Below are positions 11,300 to 21,684 of a DNA stretch of 64,000 bases, piece by piece. Position numbers and translations under genes: made by a program. Positions within the stretch are counted from its first letter, which is position 1. The number at the start of each line of letters is the position of its first letter. The stretch lies in the NCBI GenBank assembly GCA_002269645.1, contig NIVC01000392.1, forward strand, positions 124,001 through 188,000, written 5' to 3'. Below the pieces are notes generated by a model that did not search any database, was not told the DNA's origin, and worked only from the letters and a program-made list of their open reading frames with translations. Source of the DNA: Macrostomum lignano (taxonomy: Eukaryota).

Positions 11300-12604
11300 G
11301 TCACTCGTATTTGTCACTCTCCGTTTCAGTCGGATGGGTCGAAATCGGGCCATAGACACTTTCTTTCTGCTCAGACCCTGCATTCCCATTCCAGTCGGAA
11401 AGACCACAGAGTAAAAGATTTTATACATATAGATGTATGTATGTATCCTCTGTGAGTTTGGAACTTTCTGTCACAGACGGAAGAGTTTTATATTAATTTG
11501 CAACATTCCCAAAGTGTTCCAAAAGGCATGGCTTCGAGAAGACCTCTACCCAGGTAGGCTTTACTGGCTGAAAAATGCAGACTCGGTCTTGATTCCGACA
11601 ACGACGAGTCTGAAATCAGCCCTATGGCTTCTGGAGCGGAGCACGCTAGTCACAGGAACAGTGCGGAAGGATCGCGGAATTTCCATGCTTCTTCAAGAGC
11701 AGAACATCCAGCCAACTTCTTCGAGATTCGCGAGGAACAGCTATGTTCTGGCGTGCATGTTTGTTGACAAAAAGCAGAGCGGAACGAAGATTGTCTATGT
11801 GATTGACACTTCGGGCGAGGCGGGCTGTGTCAAGGTTACTCGAATTCGCCAAAGCGGCGTGGAGGAAGTGATCCAAAAGCCGGTTTGCATCGCCAACTAT
11901 TCGTCTTTTATGGGCGGCGCAGATCGCCTGGACAGTGGACTCCAGCCGTACCATCCGAACAGGAAGACGCAGAAATTGTTTCAGAAGCTCGGTTTTCACA
12001 TCATCCTCCTTCTGGTTCGCAATGCTTGGATCGTTTACCAGAATGCTGGAGGAACAAAGAGCTTCCTCTGCTTCCTAGAAGTTGCGATCAGGATTTGATT
12101 GAACAGTCTGGGCCAGACAGACGTTGCGTTTCGGTTCGGGTCGGTCGGGCACCCGCCGCAGCCGGGCACATTCCAAGCAAGTCGGGCCAGGTTGTTGGGC
12201 AAAATCGACCGAGGCGTCGATGCCGACAGTGTCAAAAAGAAGACAGTGTACGTCTGCTCGCAGTGTCCTGGCGTCCCGTCACTGTGTCTTGTGAACTGCT
12301 TTGGCACGTGGCACAATAATTAAAGAACCATTGTCATCTTTTAAAGTGTTAGAAAGCTTTGAATGCTTTTGAAATTTGAATGAAACTTTCCTGCTATGTT
12401 TGCTGGTTTGTTACTGTTGTTACTGTTAATACGAGCCATCTTTGCAAAGTTTGTTGGCTTTACTTCTATTATTGGTCGAGTTCGACCCATAGCCGACTGG
12501 AACGGTGGGTAGAGAATTTGTGCGCTGGCCATAGACATTTTGAACCGACTGCGCTGGGGACTTGTAAGTGGTCGAAAACTACCTTCCCGACTTCTTAAGG
12601 TTAA
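11300..12604 (+). mobile_element. piggyBac DNA transposon remnant: DDD transposase C-terminal half, Cys-rich domain and right end
   Basis: TGTVRKDR, KPVCIANYSSFMGGADRLD and LLVRNAWIVY motifs; the C-terminal RRRCRQC / TVYVCSQCPGVPSLCLVNCFGTWH zinc finger is split by a frameshift and preceded by an in-frame stop; terminus ...AGG followed by TTAA (12601-12604). Left end not found. Confidence 0.88.
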
Positions 12605-14467
12605 ACCCCGCATCACAGATTTAAATGTGAAATTTATTCCTATGTAAATTTTGATGTATGATTTGCTTCTTTATTATTACTTTTATACTACTTACTCAAA
12701 TACGTTACAAGATAATGCTGTTTTTCATCTACGAAAAGATCATTATCTCTATTACAATCAAAAATGGAAGCAAAAATACATTTAAATGTAGAGCATATTT
12801 TGCCTTTAAATTTCAACCCAAAAGCTTAAAAATCAGTATTTTTCTGATCCCGGAACAGCGACTTCAATACGAAACGTCAAGCAGCATCGAATTCTCGTGT
12901 TCAGACTAAACGCGTTAGGATGTAACAGTAGTTGGCTTTCAAATGTTACTTTGCTATTTGTGCGTTGATTTTAAGGTGCATTATTGCACGCTGATTGCAA
13001 GTTGTCTATGGCAAAAGTTCTCATTATCTTGTCTCACTTGTTGGCTAGACCATATGACAATGGTAGATTGCGTAGAAGGTAGAAAGTGACTTTGCTACGC
13101 GCACTCGTGTTTGGCCAATTTTTCAGCCTCTTACCTACTACGCAACGTCACTGTCCATAAGACACATACTGTAGAGGCCGTAGCGTAGTCTGGCGGCCAT
13201 TATTTCAACGTGCCGGAAGCGGTCAGTACTTCAAAATTTTTTATCACGCTTCAATTGGCTGTTTTGAGAGTTATTTTACCCATAGACGACTGAGATGTGT
13301 GTCTTGGTTTGACCATAGACAACACTGTGATGAGTGCTGATTTCGTTTGCGTCTTGCAAGAAATCAGGAAAGCGGGTAGTACGAGTGAAAGCTACTTGTC
13401 TTGTCAAACAACTATGGCTGGTGCATCTCGTCAAACAGCCCCGCTTATTAATTGGAAAAATCTTCTTGTCGACGACTGAACGAACCGACCGTGCGCCCTA
13501 TGCTTCAGTGGAGGTGACGCAGGAGATGCGGGTGAAGCATGGTAAGCATAATATGTCAACATTGTAAGTAAATTAGTGGCTACACTAATGGCTATATAGA
13601 AACTGAATTTTTTACATTGTCCATTAATCTGCAGGTCGGATGGATTCGGAACGCGCAGTTCGCTTCTTCGAGAACTGCCACTTCAAGAATTGCACGTTTC
13701 AGTTTTAATGAGCAACTTCTGATGGACAGTCTATGACTATACTGTGTTGTTTTTGTGCTTAATGTGCGCGTTTTCCATTGTTTAGCAATTTGACGATCAT
13801 TATTCACATTTTTAGTGCAGAACAATCCATTACTACAAACAATGCATTGTCTGTAGGATCGTCAAACAGAAAAACAATGCAAAGAATCAGCGGTCGCAGC
13901 ACGTGACAACGATTTGTCTATGGCTCGCCAAAATCATGATTATCTGAATTGTATCACGCTGGAGCGTGTTTGATGCATTATTTATCGTGCAAAAGTCTAT
14001 GGTGATTTTGTACTTGAACAATAGTAACCAGCGTGCATCTAATGCATTCAATACACGGAATACAATATGAGCCGTAATCATCCAGGCATTTTTATTCTGC
14101 CAATACTTAATGTAGCTTATTAGCGAGGTGCAGAGAGTGACCCACCGGATAAAAAATTTCAACTGCAAGAAGCCGCATACTCAAGAGGCAAAGGCACGGC
14201 CTAATTTTCGAAAGCTGTGCGCGCATCCGCTAACATCTAGTCAAAAAGTTCTTAATTCAAAGCCGGACAGATTTTACCAACCGCCAGTGGCCGTAGGGAA
14301 GAGAGAGAGGCGAGCGCGCGCCCAGACATGCACTTTTCGTGTCGAAGGAATTCACTGCTGGCTTGCGATGCTCGTGCAAATATAGACAAACTTGCTTCTG
14401 CGGCCGCTGAAGGACTAGTAGAGACTTCTGTCGTTAATAGATCTTATACTCACTATATAAGTATAGA

Positions 14468-14712
14468 GGGTTGTAGCCTAGTTGTTAGAGCATGGGACTC
14501 ACGACTTGAAGGACGGGGGTTCGATTCCCGACCCCACTGGAACAACTTGTGTCCTTGAGCAATGCACTTAACTCTGCATTGCTTCAGTTCACCCAGCTGT
14601 AAAATGGGTGCCAGCATTAGCTGGGGTAATTGAGGGTGTGTGGCGACCCACAGTCTGCGGCTGAGCTGTCGGTTGCACATCTGCCCATTAGGGCAGGTGT
14701 AATCAATTATTT
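14468..14712 (+). mobile_element. tRNA-derived SINE with CORE-like central domain
   Basis: A-box TAGCCTAGTTGTT and B-box GGTTCGATTCCC, then TGTGTCCTTGAGCAATGCACTTAACTC...CAGTTCACCCAGCTGTAAAATGGG (14548-14608), resembling the MIR/CORE consensus; AT-rich tail. Confidence 0.75.
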
Positions 14713-15096
14713 TATACATGTATTATTAATTCTCACTATGCTTAATCTGCCGAGCAACCGTCTTTGTCAACCCCTTGAAGCGCGACACTTGTTGTACAAA
14801 TTTGTTGGCCCTCGATAATTAAAGAGTGGTTCTTATATAGGCCGCAGAAACGCTTACTCCTTCCGTGCAAACAGGCCGATCCTTGTGTTCCATCATCAAC
14901 AGTTTTTTCTCTTTCAAAGTATCTATATCTATACAAGCACCGGCTTCTTCTGTACTTTTGACGTCAATTACAAACTTTACGAACTGATCGATTAATGCTT
15001 CTCGTGACAACAGATCACCATCGCCGCTCTCGATGGCTTCTCCATGAATGACCGCTGACAGAACGACTGACTGAGCTCGGGACTCCAGACTCGAGG

Positions 15097-15379
15097 CTCG
15101 ATTCCAAGTGCAGTCACATTAATTTGGGGCTGAATTGGAATCTCGGCTTGGCTCTGCTCGTGAAATTAACAGTCTTAAGGGCCAAGCCCCAAGGCGCAGT
15201 GAAGTGTACATGCCTAACGATAAAATAAAGTTAGGGCCGCTGTACACTCCTGTGTGAGTGTGTGCCTGCGTACGTATCCGCGCGCTTGTGTGCCTGCTCA
15301 GGGAAGTCGGCGGAATGGGCAGCAATGCCTCTCGCCGGTTGTGTGCCTATGTCGCTTAAAGTGCGCCAGGGTGCACACA
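15097..15379 (+). repeat. Dispersed repeat R2, copy 1
   Basis: Reverse complement of 32063-32338 over ~280 bp, with long identical runs. Confidence 0.85.
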
Positions 15380-15796
15380 ACCCCCCTGCCTCTAATAGTG
15401 AACGAGGCTTGGCAGACGAGATGTAGTAAATGAGGCTGGTGTATAATTAGAGCCTGAGAGCGCAATGGGGGTTAGAAAATAATCGCAAAACCCCCCAATG
15501 ACCACGCGCAGTTGTGACTAACTGGTTAGGGATTGATGGTCCGGCTCTTGGTTCGAGCTCTCGCGCCTTCCCCCACCACCCCCCATTTTGCATGCAGCTG
15601 ATTGGTTGAACGCATTATTGTCTCTCCTCTGCCTTTTTGCCTATCTGGCAGTCGGCTAGCTGTTTAGCTGCGCTGGGCGGCTCTGATTGGCTGGGCGCTA
15701 GGCTCTCTCTCTCTCTATCTCTCTATCTCGCCTATTCTCTCTGCCAAGCCGATCACTTATTATTTGGTCAGCTGTTGCAAAGAATGTAGATTTCGG

Positions 15797-16725
15797 CTGC
15801 CGCGTGCAACATGCGCGGACGCGCACGTAACTTAAGGGCGATCAGCCAGACTTTTTCGTGAAACTATAGAATCGCGCTTCGCGGGTGTTGTACAGCATGA
15901 TGATACACATTCTTTCCTGCTCCCGATTTGTGTTTCGATTCGGTCTGATTGTACTCAACGCCAACCCCCTGTTGTGTCTAAGCTTCAGAGGTAAAAAAAC
16001 CGCGCCTCGCATCACGCTTCACGGTAAAGTGGACCTTGCAGACTCTGCGCCCTTCAAACAGGTGCCATCGGCATAATAAAACCCCTTTTCACACTGCTCA
16101 CATGCAGGCGTCCGCTATACTGCCTCCGGCGGACAGCCCACTGGGTGACCGCCATGCGTATTGATGCGCGGATGGTCAGACCCTATGCTTGTCCCACATA
16201 TAGAGCACCTTAGTTAGCAGCGTCTTAGAGTTTCCATACGTGATTACATTACCAGAACTTTCCATGTACCCGCGCTTTCTATAAATAGTAATTCTTTCTA
16301 ATTGTCAAAATTAAGTACTTTTTCCTTTTTCTGCGAATTTCTTTAAAAATATATTTCCATGTTATATGCTCCGCTTCAAGAATTAATAGTAATTCCTGCA
16401 TTTACTTCTAATACTCGTAGTTGCTATACCTTATACAATACTATATAATTTGTTATAGTCGTAGAAAATTCCAGCGCACCGTAAATTCGTAAATTAAAAA
16501 TACGCCAGGCACTCGGCTAAAAACCAAAGCTCCCTTCACTGACTAACCGAACATCTAAAAACCTCAAAGAGTCACCGCCTTTACGTCTTATTTATTTCGT
16601 AAACCCGCTACCGGAGCAATGAATGAGGTCGCATGAATTGATCCGCAGAACTGATTTTCACCGTGAAGAAGCTGGCTGATCCTAGAATTGTTTGGCCGAA
16701 TGCGTGTTGTTCATTGATGCGTGAA
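15797..16725 (+). repeat. Dispersed repeat R1, copy 2
   Basis: Diverged direct repeat of 8349-9735. Confidence 0.8.
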
Positions 16726-17077
16726 TTGTTATAATGGCGCAAGTGATAGTGCAGCCATCTGTTTGCCTTGCTTCCTAAAATTAAAAGGCAGCTGTTCTTG
16801 AATGAAATTATGAATTGCAGCCAACTTTTGTGTCTGCAACAGGGCTGTTCGAGTACTATGTACTCGGTACTCGTTTATTATCAAGTTATGACGAGTATTA
16901 ATATATGCCCGAGTTTCTTTCCTAGAAAAGGGAGGAAATATCAACTTTCAAAAATTGATTCTTCACGTGAAGTTTAAGATTTAAAAAAGATACACAGCTC
17001 AGTAGCTTTGCATTTTTATTTTGCTCACTGTTTTTGTATTTGTGTGATATAATTAAATTATGTATAGGGCTGGGCGA

Positions 17078-18190
17078 GTGACTTGGTACTCGGTCACCCC
17101 TGGGTTAGACTGCTCAGTAGTCTGTCACTTCTGGGTTAGAATGCTCGGTACACGGTCACCCCTGGGTTAGACTGCTCGGTAGTCTGTCATATCTGGGTTA
17201 GAGTGCTCGGCACCCGGTCACTCCTGGGTTAGAGTGCTCGGCACCCGGTCACTCCTGGGTTAGAGTGCTCGGCACCCGGTCACTCCTGGGTTAGAGTGCT
17301 CGGCACCCGGTCACTCCTGGGTTAGAGTGCTCGGTACCCGGTCACTCCTGGGTTAGACTGCTCGGCACCCGGTCACTCCTGGGTTAGAGTGCTCGGTACT
17401 CCGTCACTCCTGGGTTAGAGTGCTCGGCACTCTGTCACTCCTGGGTTAGAGTGCTCGGCACTCGGTCACTCCTGGGTTAGAGTGCTCGGCACCCGGTCAC
17501 TCCTGGGTTAGAGTGCTCGGTACCCGGTCACTCCTGGGTTAGACTGCTCGGCACCCGGTCACTCCTGGGTTAGAGTGCTCGGTACTCCGTCACTCCTGGG
17601 TTAGAGTGCTCGGCACTCTGTCACTCCTGGGTTAGAGTGCTCGGCACTCGGTCACTCCTGGGTTAGAGTGCTCGGCACCCGGTCACTCCTGGGTTAGAGT
17701 GCTCGGCACCCGGTCACTCCTGGGTTAGAGTGCTCGGTACCCGGTCACTCCTGGGTTAGACTGCTCGGCACCCGGTCACTCCTGGGTTAGAGTGCTCGGC
17801 ACTCGGTCACTCCTGGGTTAGAGTGCTCGGCACTCGGTCACTCCTGGGTTAGAGTGCTCGGCACTCGGTCACTCCTGGGTTAGAGTGCTCGGCACTCGGT
17901 CACTCCTGGGTTAGAGTGCTCGGCACTCGGTCACTCCTGGGTTAGAGTGCTCGGCACTCGGTCACTCCTGGGTTAGAGTGCTCGGCACTCGGTCACTCCT
18001 GGGTTAGAGTGCTCGGCACTCGGTCACTCCTGGGTTAGAGTGCTCGGCACTCGGTCACTCCTGGGTTAGAGTGCTCAGTACTCGGTCACTCCTTGGTAGA
18101 GTGCTCGGCACTCGGTCACTCCTGGGTTAGAGTGCTCGGCACTCAGTCACTCCTGGGTTAGAGTGCTCGGTACCCGGTCACTCCTGGGTA
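17078..18190. repeat. 31-bp minisatellite (CTCCTGGGTTAGAGTGCTCGGCACTCGGTCA), ~36 copies
   Basis: Tandem periodicity read directly. Confidence 0.96.
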
Positions 18191-18539
18191 AACTGAACAA
18201 ACTCAGGCTGACTGCGACAGCGACTACAAGCCTGTCAAGAATGAATGAATGCAGACACAGCTAACCATGCACTTTAGTTCTGCAGTCACGACTGTTTTTG
18301 GCGAAGAGATAGAGGAAAAACTTTATAATAAAAAATTATAAGGTTGTTAATAGTTATCTTCATTATTATTTCACTTTGCAACATGTAATCTACCATTGAT
18401 CTACATGTAGTACACTGGGAATCGTATTGGTTTCCCTATGTAAAAACTACCTTGATACAACGACAACAGAAAGGGGATCAGTAGATAAAAATTAGCGATT
18501 TATTTCTCAACATAGTCCCCCTCCCAGTCAATGCACTTC

Positions 18540-18860
18540 ATCCTGCAATGCTCAAGTGACCTGATGCCGTCTAAGTACGTCGTAAACCGAGGCGACAAAT
18601 CTAAATTTGCCACTTTCCAGCTTCTTCTGAACAGCGCCGCTCTCTGCTGAGAGGTTTTTTGATACATTATTCATCATGCGGTTGAAGAAGGACTTGACCA
18701 GTCATCATATGATCTTCAGAACAGATTGTGTGACTATAGAAACACCTCTGCAGTTTGTAGGAGTCTGCTTGTTTAAACCTCTTAAAACCTTCAAACAACT
18801 GTGAAGAAAAGCTTTTGTTGAGAAGGAAAATTTTAAGACATGAGGCAATAGATCCCAATA
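18540..18860 (-). pseudogene. Possible hAT-family transposase remnant
   Basis: SAESGAVQKKLESGKFRFVASVYDVLRRHQVT*ALQ resembles the A.GLL..L.S..F...L..DIL...LS..LQ segment of hAT/ZMYM-like proteins; several stops. Confidence 0.3.
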
Positions 18861-19115
18861 ATTAATTTTTTTGTGCGCGTTTACGAACGAGTATTAATTA
18901 ACGCGTGTGGCTTCAAGCTTACGCATAATAACATGTAGACTTATAAAACAACATATGACGTATTACAGTGCATGCATCCTCATTTTAACAGCAAAGTTCT
19001 CCTTTGATATCTCAGGCTGTTACATGGCACAGAAGTTAAGCAATATCACTAATAACTTGTGAATGAATCACGAGCAAAAGAAGAGTGTCGATACAATCGT
19101 TGTGGCTTTAGGACC

Positions 19116-19308
19116 AAGGGGCTTTAACACTAGGGGGCTTTAGCACCAAGGGGCTTTAACACTAGGGGGCTTTAGCATCAAAGGGCTTTAGCACCAAGGG
19201 GCTTTAGCACCAAGGGGCTTTAACACCAAGGGGCTTTAACACCAAGGGGCTTTAACACTAGGAGGCTTTAGCACCAAGGGGCTTTAGCACCAAGGGGCTT
19301 TAGCACCA
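19116..19308. repeat. 16-bp tandem repeat (GGGGCTTTAGCACCAA), ~12 copies
   Basis: Tandem periodicity. Confidence 0.92.
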
Positions 19309-19892
19309 GGGTACATATGAACACAGTTTATCACTCACTTATCTTCGATCTCCTGGATAACATCCCACGAGTTCTCTAACTGGTTCTGTTGACAATATTC
19401 TGCAGTGCGGTACAACAAAGAGCTCGACTGTACGTTGATGTCGTGTCCCCGATGCCCATTATTTCGCGTTGCCGAGTGCAACTAGGGAACGAGAGCAGAT
19501 TATGAAGGCAGAAGAAAGTTGTTAAGCATGCAGTCCCCTTGCTAAAAAAGCCTAATTTTTCAAAGCTACACCGCCTGAATTTGCGCCTCAGTCCTGCTCA
19601 TCCCCTGGGGCAGGATGCATGAGCTTTTCCGCTTTTAATGCGGCGAGGAGCAAGGATCAGCATGATCAGCTAGGAGTAGGTTTCAAATTCACGCTGCTCA
19701 CAAGCTGTAGCTGGAGTTGTAAAAGCAGAAACTTCGCATAGTTTCGGAGCTCATATTTCTACAGTTCGCGCCTCGATCGGGGTCTCAACTTGTTTAATTC
19801 TCGAATAATCTGATTTAGTTCTCCTAGATACTCGTATGTTCGACGTAAATTGAGCAGCTTTATTCAGTGCTGCCTACTGCCTTTTGGCATAT

Positions 19893-20500
19893 CCTGTCCA
19901 GTCTTCCTGTCCTGTCCTGTCCTCTCCTATTTTGTCTTATCCGTCTTGTCCTGTCCAATCATGTCCTATCCTGTCCTATCCTGCCCTGTCCTGTCCTATC
20001 CTGTCCTATCCTGCCCTGTCCTGTCCTATCCTGTCCTATCCTGTCCAATCCTGCCCTATCCTGTCCTGTCCTGTCCTGTCCTGTCCTATCCTGCCCTGTC
20101 CTGTCCTGTCCTGTCCTGTCCTATCCTGCCCTGTCCTGTTCTGTCCTATCCTGTCCTGTCCTGTCCTGTCCTGTCCTGTCCTATCCTGCCCTGTCCTGTC
20201 CTGTCCTGTCCTGTCCTATCCTGCCCTGTCCTGTCCTGTCCTATCCTGTCCTGTCCTGTCCTGTCCTATCCTGCCCTGTCCTGTCCTGTCCTATCCTGCC
20301 CTGTCCTGTCCTGTCCTGTCCTGTCTTGTCCTGTCCTATCCTGTCCTGTCCTGTCCTATCCTGTCCTATCCTGTCCTATCCTGCCCTATCCTGTCCTTTC
20401 TTGTCCTGTCCTATCCTGTCCTGTCCTATCCTGCCCTATCCTGTCCTGTCCTGTCCTGTCCTGTCCTATCCTGTCCTGTCCTAACCTGTCCTGTCCTGTC
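19893..20500. repeat. Pentanucleotide microsatellite (CTGTC/CTATC/CTGCC)n
   Basis: Read directly. Confidence 0.97.
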
Positions 20501-20799
20501 CTCCTCTCCCAGCAGAACTCGTAATAATTGGTGGTACAATCTAGTCACTCATTAATTGCAGATGGAATTAATAATTTATTTATATACATAGTTCTCAAAT
20601 TGCTAATTTGTTCGTGCAAGTCGCTCCTCGTTGTCATTATTAATAATGTATAATTGACAAACAATTGATAATTTCAAGCTAACTAAAATTGCAACGTTTT
20701 AGTAAAGTCTCGTGCTGAATACATCTACGGGTTAGTATAGGGGTGTGTCCGCGAGTTCGTAGTTTTCGTGTTTGATTGCTTCTATAGTGTTCCTTAAAA

Positions 20800-21490
20800 C
20801 TCTCCTCTTCATCACTCTCATCTTCACTCTCCATCTCTCCCTACACTCTCCTAACACTCTCCCTCACCCTCTCTACACTCTCTTAACACTCTCCCTCACT
20901 CACCCTCACACTCTCTACACTCTGCATACTCTCTCCCTACACTCTCCCTACACTCTCCCTACACTCTGCATACTCTCTCCCTACACTCTCCCTACACTCT
21001 GCATACTCTCTCCCTACACTCTGCATACACTCTCCCTACACTCTGCATACTCTCTCCCTACACTCTCCCTACACTCTCCCTACACTCTGCACTCTCTCCC
21101 TACACTCTGCATACTCTCTCCCGACACTCTCCCTACACTCTCCCTACACTCTGCATACTCTCTCCCTACACTCTGCATACTCTCTCCCGACACTCTCCCT
21201 ACACTCTCCCTACACTCTGCATACTCTCTCCCTACACTCTCCCTACACTCTCCCTACACTCTGCACTCTCTCCCTACACTCTGCATACTCTCTCCCGACA
21301 CTCTCCCTACACTCTCCCTACACTCTGCATACTCTCTCCCGACACTCTCCCTACACTCTCCCTACACTCTGCATACTCTCTCCCTACACTCTCCCTACAC
21401 TCTCCCTACACTCTGCACTCTCTCCCTACACTCTGCATACTCTCTCCCGACACTCTCCCTACACTCTCCCTACACTCTGCATACATTCCC
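20800..21490. repeat. CT/CA-rich degenerate minisatellite (CTCCCTACACTCT / GCATACTCT units)
   Basis: Read directly. Confidence 0.93.
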
Positions 21491-21684
21491 CATGCACTAT
21501 TTCTACACTTTCTACACAACACAACACAACCGCACACTCACTTTACTTTTCTGTTATATACTGATTAAAAAATCACGCATGAAAAGAACTAAGTTCAACA
21601 CGCACTGAAACACATTCAAACTTTGTACACTGCAGGTCTACAAATACTTTTCATGCAGTTTTGTCAGTGTATAGATATCTGATA

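Noticed and set aside
14468-14540. Functional tRNA gene
   Set aside because: The acceptor stem is imperfect, there is no poly-T terminator, and it continues into a SINE body.
14742-15010. Small minus-strand ORFs as a transposase or host exon
   Set aside because: No motif could be assigned with confidence.
8349-16725. R1 copies as the paired LTRs of one retrotransposon
   Set aside because: The copies are too diverged, no gag/pol, PBS or PPT was recognised between them, and the interior is a mix of unrelated elements.
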